NCBI RefSeq assembly: GCF_002571385.2
Contig: NW_019218178.1
Coordinates: 212,146 to 276,145, forward strand
Source of the DNA: Stylophora pistillata
Taxonomy: Eukaryota
DNA length: 64,000 bases
Direction: 5' to 3'
The position numbers and the translations under genes are program-made. Shown here in pieces: positions 12,401 to 22,200 of the stretch. Numbering within the stretch: the stretch's first letter is position 1; every line of letters starts with the position of its first letter. The notes under the pieces were generated by a model that made no database searches, was not told the origin of the DNA, and was given only the letters and a program-made list of their open reading frames with translations.

Positions 12401-14325
12401 GACTTGTGTAGTCCGCTTTTTTACGCCGCGCAGGCCAATAATCTGTACGCGGCAAGTCTTCTGCTAAATCAAGGTTAGTGATGAAATTGCAGTTATATTT
12501 TAAATTAATGAGTGTGTTGATGAGCGAGCGAGCGAGCGAACGAACGAGCTAGTAACGAACTATTGGACGTACGGATGAAAGAACAGAGGGACGAAGGCAT
12601 GTACAAATTCGTGAACGGAAAGACAAACAGACCGACGTACGCACGGATGAACGAACGAACGCACGAATGAGTGGACAGATGAATGGACGGACGAACAGAC
12701 GAACGTACGAACGGACGAAGACGATCGGACGAACGGACGAACGTACGAACGGACGAAGACGATCGGACGAACTGACGGACGGATCAACGAACGAATGGAT
12801 GAGCTGACAGATGAACTTAGGGAATGTTGGAGGAGGATTAAAGAAAGAGGAAAGAAGGAATAAACGGTCTTGGATAGAACGGGGAAGTAGTAAAAGAACG
12901 GTTGATTAGGGACCTTAAGCAGTCAGGACGGCAACGCCAAGGAAGACTCCGATTAAAAAATGAATTTCTACTCTTAGTTAGAATTTCGAACATGGCTGCA
13001 GGAGCTTACTGTCTCATTAGGCGCCACAGCTCGACTTCAGCATGACGTATAAAAGTGGCGTTGAGTTCCAAATGGAAATTAAGATAATTTGCCGTCGCGG
13101 TTTCGGTTCGCAGACGACGCAAATTTCGGCGATTTCACGTTGTTGTTTTGCAAAGGACGGCTAACAAATGTACAAAATTTCAAAACGCACGTGCTGAGCT
13201 ATTGTTCTGCCAATTAGATCTCTTGTTTTTCCACGTCCTCGTTGCCGTCGCCGTCGTGGTTGCTTAAGGTCCCTAATAAAGGGATGGAGGGCGGGAAGGA
13301 CGCGGACAGATCGATGAGGTCACGAAATCTAGTCGTGTGAATAGTCTAGTCTCCAGTACTCTTGTAAAATAAGATAAAAAGTAAAAAAGTAACTTTCAAA
13401 AGTAAGGCTGATCGATGGTGCTTTGGTAAATTTTTATAGGAGCCAATGTGAGGACGAGAAATTTACAAGGTAAGGTGTTGCTGTAGATAACACCCACATG
13501 AACAGGCCGCAATGTTAATTCACTAGTTTATTCTTTATATTTTCCTTTCTTCCATTTTTTCGATTGTTTTATTATATCTTTCATCACTTTCTGGTCAAAA
13601 CGCGATTTCTTAAATTTGTTTGTGGACGTTCCACGTTTCCTTATCATTACCGTTGTAATTACCACGTCTTATCGACACCGGTATCATTACATTTATCGTT
13701 ACTGGTGCTGTTCCAGAGTCGCTAACTGTGATTTTAGTGAATTTCAATATCTGTCTCCGTTGAACGCTTGATGTTTTGGTCTCCCCGCAGGGCTGACTGC
13801 ATTTGATTTTATCTCTGACTTCGAAGAGTGGATCGAATGTTGTTATTTCAGTGAAGAAATAAAGGCGAGATTAAAAGGTTTGTCAGCAAGAATACACTAT
13901 TTTATACCAGTTGGCGACTCCCCAAACGTCAAATTCCTAAAATTCTCAGTCCATATCTGGCCAGTGGTACATTGTGTGATAACTTCCTTCGACGAAAAAC
14001 TATGCCAAAAATTAGACATTTCGCAACAAAGCGCAGCCTGAAGAGTGTTTCTGCAGTTTGTTCGTGCAACTCTTTCTGCCCCATTGCGCACATCTGAAAG
14101 GCCTATCCATCAAGCTAGCCCCTAAAATTCCTTTGTTACCTTTCAGCCTACAGCCTCAAGCACGCGCGGGATCTGGTGCGAGCTATAACCAAGAAAGTCA
14201 GGAACCAACCAGGACTTTCTGCGTCGCAGCAGCCGGTGGGTCGATCTCAGCCTACCTTGCGGGCAATCAGTAGTGGTCACGTCCCTCTGATGCTTCCACC
14301 AATCCGGAAAGGAGCGACAAGTTGA
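418..14325 (+). CDS. Multi-exon gene, 5' end outside window: CH-domain-like region(s), helical linker and multiple ankyrin repeats (uncharacterised)
   Basis: Exons with GT-AG boundaries and continuous frame: 418-528, 1146-1256, 1984-2012, 3234-3366, 3840-3865, 4445-4513, 5366-5447, 5745-5834, 6063-6189, 6445-6524, 6658-6716, [N gap, phase break], 7059-7154, 7721-7831, 8008-8107, 8446-8566, 9073-9136, 9231-9320, 9840-9959, 10194-10232, 10682-10795, 11140-11201, 11728-11808, 12146-12223, 12310-12473, 13440-13469, 13791-13877, 14147-14325 (TGA). Ankyrin motifs: GNTALHMAC, NTPFFLA, GSTLLHTAS, GATPLHRA, GNTPLHV, LMPIHCCA, GNTALHLTA, CSPLFYAA. CH-like: SPEYCILDMVNAHL...SLSDLTDSRVLCALVNSFVP...INLALRTADQMF...FDSQDLVEGDIMSVCCYF. 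Confidence 0.88.
783..945. mobile_element. Palindromic tRNA-derived short element (inverted arms containing B-box-like sequence)
   Basis: GTAGTAGTGGAAATAAGGCCTGAAAAAATTCAGG...GGATTTGAACCCATG on the left pairs with ...CATGAGCTCAAATCC...CCTGAATTTTTTTCAGGCCTTATTTCCACTGCTAC on the right, around a central (CACTG)n. Confidence 0.6.
1339..1767. mobile_element. MITE, Tc1/mariner-pogo-like
   Basis: Terminal inverted repeats GTCAAACCTCCATTATCCAGA / TCCGGATAATTGAGGTTTGAC with TA-type flanks and internal GATTATCC(G/A)G subrepeats. Confidence 0.65.
2022..2549. mobile_element. TTAA-flanked non-autonomous DNA element (Kolobok/piggyBac-type)
   Basis: TTAA-AGTGCCTATGA at the left end and TCATAGGGACT-TTAA at the right end. 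It lies 9 bp inside the intron after exon 1984-2012. Confidence 0.6.
3925..4320. repeat. Degenerate (CAGA)n microsatellite
   Basis: Dense ACAG/GACA tetramers. It explains the spurious ORFs 3893..4186 and 3975..4211. Confidence 0.9.
5905..5983. repeat. 8-bp tandem repeat (GGCCGAGT)n
   Basis: About 10 units in the intron between exons 5745-5834 and 6063-6189. Confidence 0.9.
6839..6908. repeat. 15-bp tandem repeat (ACGCTCGTGCCTCAT)n abutting an assembly gap
   Basis: About 5 units immediately after the N run at 6829-6838. Confidence 0.9.
7209..7517 (+). mobile_element. 5'-truncated L2/CR1-clade LINE 3' end
   Basis: Translates as AAPFPWNKLPRSAREATNLESFKILLKTLLF, matching the RT C-terminal 'AAPxLWNxLP...FKxxLKTxLF' motif. 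An AT-rich 3' UTR and a (TTATTG/TTA)n tail follow. Confidence 0.75.
8270..8412 (+). mobile_element. Copy of an abundant ~200-bp TTAA-type MITE family
   Basis: Core CCATACTGTTCTCTATACATTTCCTAAGGTGCTGACAAGGAGAATTTGTT..ACAATCAAGAGC recurs, variably decayed, at ~18575-18770 (reverse), ~20866-20968, ~25840-26020, ~27072-27262, ~27660-27820 and ~50020-50180. Related elements at ~24860-25078 and ~48560-48740. Confidence 0.75.
10340..10656. repeat. 13-bp minisatellite (CCCATTCCCGTTC)n
   Basis: More than 20 near-perfect units ending at a single N (10657), 25 bp before the exon at 10682. It explains five spurious ORFs. Confidence 0.95.
11300..11640. repeat. Degenerate ~28-bp tandem repeat (TTTTCCCGCGCTTTTCACCAGTTACACG-like)
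   Basis: Recurring TTCACCAGTT/TTCACCTGTT and TTTTCCC(A/G)C words at roughly 28-bp period. Confidence 0.7.
12520..12815. repeat. Degenerate GAGC/GAAC/GGAC tetranucleotide repeat
   Basis: Runs of GAGC, GAAC and GGAC are directly visible. Confidence 0.85.
12908..13274. mobile_element. MITE with terminal inverted repeats (PIF/Harbinger-like assignment tentative)
   Basis: AGGGACCTTAAGCA (12908-12921) and TGCTTAAGGTCCCT (13261-13274), with subterminal GACGGCAACG / CGTTGCCGTC. Confidence 0.8.
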
Positions 14326-14664
14326 GGCGCGCAATTATCAGCTGTGATCACCTGGAGCAGGCTGCAGTGATCGCTTCTTGAATCTTAGAAACACCAGAAA
14401 AGTCTAAATCACTAATTGATATATTTGTTAAAATTTGTTAAATGAGCTCAGGAAGTTCAGCAAGTAAGCTTTCTAATTGGAGAATGCATTAGTGTTATTT
14501 AGCCTAACCCTTTTAGTGGACCGAAAAAAAACAATCAACAATCATCTCCCCTACGCTTAAGACTTTATCCTTTTTTTTTTTACTTTGAGCTCTTATTGGC
14601 ACCTTTTGATTTTTTCACAAATTTTGATTACGATTTGTTTAGGTTTCCTTGTAGAATATAAAGA

Positions 14665-14812
14665 TCATTCCACGGAAAGTGCGCACAAACGACTTTTATT
14701 CACGGGTTGCGATGCATCGAAAAAAAGAAACCAAACGAGTGAGCGAGTGGGTTCTTTGATGCATTGCAACGAGTGAATAAAAATCGCTCAAGCACTTTCT
14801 ACGGTATGATGT
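14665..14812. mobile_element. Palindromic MITE; a second copy at ~20275-20402
   Basis: Arms GAAAGTG..TTTTATTCAC..GTTGCGATGCATC / GATGCATTGCAACGAGTGAATAAAA..CACTTTC. The same words occur in UBAC2 intron 6. Confidence 0.65.
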
Positions 14813-14872
14813 TTTTAATTTTTCTTACTGCCCAACTCATTTTAAAGATTGGAAGTGAACGACTGTGAAAAT

Positions 14873-15033
14873 ATTCATTCGCTCCGACGAAGGGCTAACG
14901 CTCGAAACGTCAGCTTTTGTAATCGTTACGGTGGCCAATTTACCATTTCAACTTTGTTGATATATCCAAATTATTTCGTTACTCCCACCGACGCAGCCCC
15001 AAACAGTTTCTTTCGAAACTATCAGCCTTTATT
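14873..15033 (+). mobile_element. 161-bp Penelope-like (pLTR/retrozyme-type) insertion with a 13-bp target-site duplication
   Basis: Flanked by the direct repeat CGACTGTGAAAAT (14860-14872 and 15034-15046). Near-identical to the reverse copy at ~22095-22250 and contains a hammerhead motif. Confidence 0.8.
14881..14914 (+). ncRNA. Minimal type I hammerhead ribozyme motif (U4C variant)
   Basis: GCT-CCGACGA-A-GGGC-TAAC-GCTC-GAAA-CG-TC-AGC. Stem I is GCT/AGC, the core is CUGANGA-like, stem II is GGGC/GCTC, and stem III is reduced to the palindrome ACGT before the UC cleavage site. Confidence 0.7.
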
Positions 15034-15384
15034 CGACTGTGAAAATGCATCGCTCGTCCAATCAGAGATGAAAATATTTATATAACTAAACAATCTTCGC
15101 TTGTAAAGAAATAGTTTTGTAATGCTTCTATGATATTTATAATAAAGAAAGCCTCTCATTTTAATAGTGTGCACTTTCTCTCTAATCCCCCACTCTCTTT
15201 TCTAGTTCATACTTACATCGTAATGGCATAAAGACCAAAGGACAGAAAAATAACGATAGAAACAGATCAATTTTTTTCTATGCATGTTCATATTATTAAT
15301 ACAATGACATGAACTCCTTTTGTGTGTTTTATTCCCTTATGTGGCAGTAATGTGAATCATACTCATGGTGCTATGCCAATGTCA

Positions 15385-15866
15385 TACCGTAAAATGCCAC
15401 TTGTTAGCCCCCTGGTTTTGGGCCCTTCCTGCATCTACCTCTAAGCAAAAAACTATATCCGATTATAATTAAACCCATTTCCCCCCGGATAGAAACCCCC
15501 GTCTAGCTTTTCATCTTTTGAGAGAAAGAAATTTTGTTGTGAATTGTGCACTAGAATTGGTAGCAAAGTTAAACTTCGAAGGAAAAGTCTGAACTTCTGT
15601 TTTTTTATGTTCCAGTGTTCTAGTTTTGTGCTGTTCCAATTGTATTGAAATGGATTCGATTTAATATGACGTTTAAAAGCTTAATTAATAACCAGTAAAT
15701 ACAAGAAGTGTTTCGATCAGCACTGCTATGGTTTGTGCGAAAGCGCCTTTCCTATTCCGGTCGTATGCCACCTCAGATTAAGGCCCCTTCGTTTATGAGA
15801 TTTCCTTAATTGAAACCCCTTACGAGGTTGTAGAAGCCCAAGGATACTAAGCGCCAGTTTACAGTA
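15385..15866. mobile_element. Decayed MITE with TACCGTAAA / TTTACAGTA termini
   Basis: Terminal words match the terminus at 227-235, with internal AGCCCC subrepeats. Confidence 0.5.
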
Positions 15867-16261
15867 TGTTACGACCATGTCTTTACGCCTGCATTTTCAC
15901 ACTCTAAAATAACGACATAATTAACCTTCCCATGTCGTTAGGCCTTTGAAGAACTGTTGTCATGTCGCTAGTGTGAACCAGGCACAAAGTTAAAATTGCT
16001 ATTGCGTGACATGTAGCGACCCTTGCATCACCAAGTTTGCAGATTTTGGAGCCGGCAATGATTTGACCAGAGGAGACAAATTCAGAAACATGCGTGTTGA
16101 AAGAGAAAATCATATACGATCAAAATTTGATATTTTTGTCTTGTTTTGGTCAAAATTCTCGGTTTTTTCCCTATTGTTTGCGCAGAAAAACGTATTTTAG
16201 CTTTCGAAAGAGGAGTAAAAATACGGAAGAGGTCTCCTTGCATCTATAAAAGCGTTATTAA

Positions 16262-19200
16262 ATGTTCCCTGGTGCTTCCTCGACGGGTTTTTGTAAGTAT
16301 CCTGTCAGTTGTTAGTAAAAAACCTTGAATTCTTTTTGTTGATGAGGCAGTTGACTTTGAATTTTGGTGGGAAGCAGGTGTTGATGTTACATCAAATGAA
16401 GAAAAGTTTTTTCCTCCTAGACCATGCGCCATTTAGTAAAGGCTTTCTGGTTTTAACTGGAACAGCTTCGTTCATCAACATCCTTTTTGCATCATCCACA
16501 AGACGCTTGTTTCCTAATAATCCATGGATCCAGATTGTGCATAACTCAAAGGTAGTGTACGAATTTAATTCTTACTTCTGATAATATTTATTTTACTCAG
16601 GCTGTCAGTTCTTTAAAGTCGGTTTTCAACAACAGATTGATTGGAAGATATAAGATGACTAGGGACGTGGTGAAAATCAACAAGAGTGGGGTAAAGATCT
16701 CTGTATAACCCCATACTATTCTTAAATAAAGCCTTAGTCCCAAAGGTAATCTATTGTTTTCTTAATCGAAGAACTGTATGCATATTGATGTTAGTGGCTG
16801 TGCTGAAATTGTACCTAAATGGGAGCTCGAAGTGGAGTCTTAAGCCAGATAGAATCTTAATCTGTTACAAACTATATTGTTGGATTTAAAAGCAGATGGA
16901 GAAAAATGAACAAATCACAATTCCAGTTCTCGGTAACTTGAGTATAACGCAACTTAAACAATCAGGTTTTCACCAGGTGAGAAGTTTAGAGCCAAATTAG
17001 ACAGAATTTGCAGGCTGTGTCTGATTCTGTCAGTTTGCTTTGGTACCATTTATATTCCTCTGTGCTGGCCATTGTGACTCTGGACCTTAACTTCCTCCTT
17101 AATGAAATCCTGCTTTAGTATACATATACAATCTTGACATATAACTGTTTAATGATTCACATTGCAAGATGCACCATCCAGGTAAGTTTTATATTTACGA
17201 AATAGATTGTATGTTGCCAGGCGTCTGCTCAGGAATAGGTAACAAAATAATGACGTCAAAAGGTGGAAAGAACAAAAAAGTGGCACACAATTGAGCAACC
17301 AAGTGTATCATCTTCTGTTGCTGTGACTATATAGACCCTCAGCACCATGGAACTTATTTTGTGCTATATGATAGAAAAGCAAAATGTTGTTGATATTGAC
17401 ATCACATGTGTGGTCATCCTTCAATAAGCAAGAACCAATCAAAATTTGTGTGCAATTGAACAGCTTATTACACAAATAACTGTAGCTCCCATTACTGACT
17501 GAATCTGTACATAAGTTATCTTTTTTTTCTTTTCATTTTTCAGTTATGGCAAGTTTTGTCCTCGTCTTTTTACTATTCAAGTGCTAGAAATTTGATTTGT
17601 GGTTCATTTCTTCTGTATTCCTTCCGGATCTTTGAGAGACGATTTGGATCTAAAAGATATGCAGTAAGTGATAAATAATGGTAAAAAGACTTACTGAAGG
17701 GAAATTCAGTCTGTAATCATGCGAGTGATAAATAAAATAGGACAACGGCAAAGTGGTTGTCTGATTTGTTCATTACAAGTTTGATTACCGACAGAATTAG
17801 CCAACACAAAGTTCTGTTACCAATTAATCAAAACTATGACATAATTAATTTTAAGAAACAACCTGTCGGTTGGTTGTGGGTTTATGTAAACAATCAACAA
17901 TTAACTTGTTGAAGTGCACGAGGACAACACACCCACATGACATATGCAGTCCAATTACACAGGCATTAAGGGTTCACTGTCCAATTATAAGCATGCCAAT
18001 TTTGTTAAAATTTTGATTAATCTCACTGTTAATTTCAATTGAGAATGTATGAGTACCAGTAATTTTTTTGTCAGTTCTAGTACTTTTTCTTCTTATATAC
18101 AATTAACTTATTTCTTTTTCTTTACAGTCTTATATTTTCTGTACCTCTGTTATTGCAATTGGACTTCAACTTACCTCTGTAGCTGTTCTCAAACATTTTG
18201 GGCAAGAAGTAGGACTTCCTCCACCAGGACTGTATCTTTTTGTCTTTAATAAAAACATGTTATCCTGTAAAAAAAAATTATGTTCCATCGAGTTTTTTGA
18301 CACGACTTTAATACACAATTATTCACTGTAAAGGAGGTGAATAATGGTAGATATTACCAAGCCACAAAGCGTCAAGGTAATTATCCACCACTTCCACCAG
18401 TACTGATGTGAATAATTATTTTTAATCAGTATATAACACTGACATAGACCCAAAAAACTAGTTTATTTCTGCCCTATACCAAAAAGCGGTCAAAAAAGTA
18501 AACTCTTGCTAGTCACTTCCAAACTAGCCAATCAGGTGGTTTGTTTTGGTTCATGGATAGACCTCATTACCATAACTTAAGGGTGAATAACTTAGCATCT
18601 AATTTCCCCTTACAATATCACCCTCGAATCACACATTAAGATCTCAAGAATGAATGATCACCAACTAATGAAGCTCTTGATTGTTAAGCAAATTCTCCTT
18701 GTCAGCACCTTGGGAAATGTATAGAGAACAGTATGGAGAATATGCATACTGATGTTGGGGTGTAAAGAGGTGAGATAGTATTTTCCTTACATGTGCCTCA
18801 ACACTAACAGTTTTGGAGTGCTGTTTGCAACTCTTGTCAAGTATTTCTATGATGTCCCAGCATCAGATGCCATTACTTTCTTTGGATTCCCAATCTCAGG
18901 CAAAATATTTATTTACTCCATAGCGTTACAGGTAAGTAGTTTGCCTTTGATCCTTACCAGAGGTTTTATTATATACTAGTCTTCTCGGATAAGGACGAAT
19001 AAACCGTAGGCCCCATCTCCTGCAGGGTTAGGGGTAAGAGATGTTAATTTCCCATGCATGAGATTACTGTGTGGTGGATGTCCTCCCCTGGGGTGGGATG
19101 GGTGGGTTTACTGGGCCCGCAGTAACTGGCGCAAGCTGTTGCGGTGTCCCTGCCTGTCGGCAAATCTAATAAATTAAATTAAATTAAATTAAGGGCCAGG

Positions 19201-22200
19201 CACCACACAAATGGAGGTGTTGTGTGGATGGTTTTGCCCACCTGGTTTGACCATCTGGAGGAAAGTTTATCCTATAAAGAAGTTCAGTTCAAAACGTTTT
19301 GCCCTCCTTATGAAAATGTTAATGAAACCTGTGCTTTACACTACGTGTAATTGTGGACCTTGTAGTGGTTTGGACTATGCAAGGAAAACAGAAGAATTCC
19401 CAATTTATTCCTAATCTTTCCAGATGGTCCTGAATATCCAAGATTTTATGCTTGGGGCAAGATGTTAAGTTTATTCATTAGTTGCCAAAGTTATTGATAA
19501 TAGTTTTAAAGGACAATCTTTAAATTACTTGTCAGGGCCCAACACTAACTTTTCAACGTACTAGCCAAGTGGTTAGTGACAACTTAGATGTGACAACAAT
19601 TTCAGTTTGTTTACTAGCCATACTGGCTAGTGGAAATCAAAAACCATTCTCCAAAACTGAATTTCAACTAGTCCATGGGTAGTTGGCTACCATTAGTGTT
19701 GAACCCAGCTTGTATAAATAGTCATTCATTTTCTTCTTAATAGATGCTGTTAGCTAGTAGGGAATCACTTTTAGCTGGTGTTTGTGGGATGGTAAGTTCA
19801 GAATTAAACCTTTTTATTTCATACATACTGAGATGTACACTATATATATCTTATTAACCAAGCACGAGGGCCGTACTGGGAGAATATCGGCCCGAGGTCT
19901 TGACAGTACAGACCTCGCTGCACTCGATCTGTACAAAAAAGACCAGGGACCGATGTTCTTCCAGTACGGTCCCGAGCAAGCTTGGTTAATAAAAGATTTA
20001 TTATACGACTGAAGTTCAAAGGGACACAAGTGCGGATCATTCAGGACCATTCGGGACAGTGCCCGGTCCAATACTGAGAGAATATTGACAGGCAATAGAG
20101 CATTTTGATTGGTTGTTTTTAGTTATTGGCCCTCTGAATGCCCGTGTCGTGTAATAAAAAGTGTTATTATTCATGTCTCTGATTGGATGAAGGATGTATT
20201 TCCACAGTTGTCTGCTTCCAATCTTTGAAATGTTTTGGTCAGTAAGAAAAAAATCTCTGTATGCATGAAATTAAAACATTCCATGGAAAGAGTTTGAATG
20301 ATTTTTATGAACTTGCAGCAATGCATCAGACAACTCTCTTGTTTGTTTTTCTGATGCATTGCAACTCATGAATAAAAATCATTCCTGCACACTTTCCATG
20401 GAGAAATCTTTATAACTCCCTTGAGTGGCCTAGACAGAATTCCTCCATACAACATCAATACAATATCTAGCAGGCAAGTGATGTAAATAAAGAAAAATAT
20501 CAGGGAGAGGATTATTATTTTTTATGGTTATAACCACTGATTTCATGATACAAGTCTTGAAAAGGTTATAACATTGAACTTGTTCGCGCAAGAAATGCTA
20601 TCATTTGTTCTCCCTATTTTACAGGTAGCAGGATTTATTTATAGGTTCAACTTATTTCAAGTTCAACAGTGGCTGAACTTGCCAGAATCTCTGACGTCAG
20701 CTGTGTCCAGAGCAATCGGTGGATTGTTTTCAACAGAGAGTCTCCCTACTCAGCCCTATGCAATGGGTGCGACGCTGGAAATACAGAGAGCTCAGCAAGT
20801 GGAACATTACGAACAGCAAGCATTGAGGGCTAGAATGGGACATCTCAGAAACAGGGTAAATACATCATTTCCTATATTCTCATGACTATGATGTGTGATT
20901 CAGGGTGTGATATTGTTACAGTAAGGAGAAATTACATGTTAGTCACTCTTAGGGGCCAAAAGATTTAAGTTTAATTAAGAAACCAATCAAGAAATTTTTT
21001 TGTAACATCTATATTTATTATTTAATATATAATAAATGTTTGATGTCATCTAGGGTCCTCCAAGAGTAGGCCAAGGATATGCAGATGTTCTTGTGCCCCC
21101 TGGGGGAGGAGGCTGGCTTTGGGGTGGGGCAGGTGGCCAACAGCCACCACCCCCACCTCCAATGAATAACTGGCATGACAGAGATGCTGATGCAGACAAT
21201 GCTAACGTACCTCAGCAACCAACTGTGGAAGTTTCCGAACAACAGGTAGGTAGAAATCGTTTCAATTGGTTATGTGAAGGGGAACCACTCAAGAGATATG
21301 AGTCAGGTTGTGGCAAATGTAGTAAGGTTTGGCATGATGCTTCACAAAGATAAGACTATGAACAGTTCCTCTTTCCAAGCTCAGTCTGGTAGGGTGGCAG
21401 AAGTGAACAGTGTAGAGTAGACATCTATATTTATACCGGATAGCCCCTTCAGTGTGGTAAACACTGGTATCAACGGGGGTCCTGTTACCCACCCATCCCA
21501 GGGGAGGACATCCATCACACAGTAATCTCGTGCATGGGAATTTAACGTCTCCTGCTCCTAACCCTGCAGGAGAGAGGACCTCCATTTATTCGTCCCTATC
21601 CGAGAAGACTAGAATATCTAACCATTTCTTGATGTTATAGAAAGGTAGCATATTCTTCTCAATTATTTTATGACCCTGAGGGTTGGTCTGGCCGGGGCTC
21701 GAACCCTTAACCTCCCACACAACAGTCCAGTGCTCTATCCATTGAGCTAACTGGTAGGTGGTATGTAGTAAGGTACTCATTTTGATGCAAATTGTAGCAT
21801 TAAAAGGTGCTGATCACTTTTAACACATGTAACAGACTCACATTCAGAGTAATAATAATAATTTAATATTTATATTGTGCAAATTAACATCTGAATAATA
21901 TGATCAAATGCGCATCGCAACACTGTCTGGGGGACTTTAGTTAGACTGCATCAGCAGTTTACAAACAATTGAAGGAAACTTATTTCAAGATGCCCCCTCC
22001 CCCCAATTCCCAGTAAACAGGCCAGACCACATCACAGTAATCTTGTGAGTGGGTTCTTTAACGTCCCCTGCCTAACCAAATTAACTAATAAATAAATAAA
22101 GGCTGATAGTTTCTAAAGAAACTGTTTGGGGCTGCGTCGGTGGGGGTAACGAAATAATTTGAATATATCAACAAAGTTGAAATGGTAAATTGGCCACCGT

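Noticed and set aside
21690-21755. tRNA gene on the minus strand
   Set aside because: A and B boxes are present, but the acceptor and anticodon stems pair poorly and the sequence continues into a SINE body seen elsewhere in the window.
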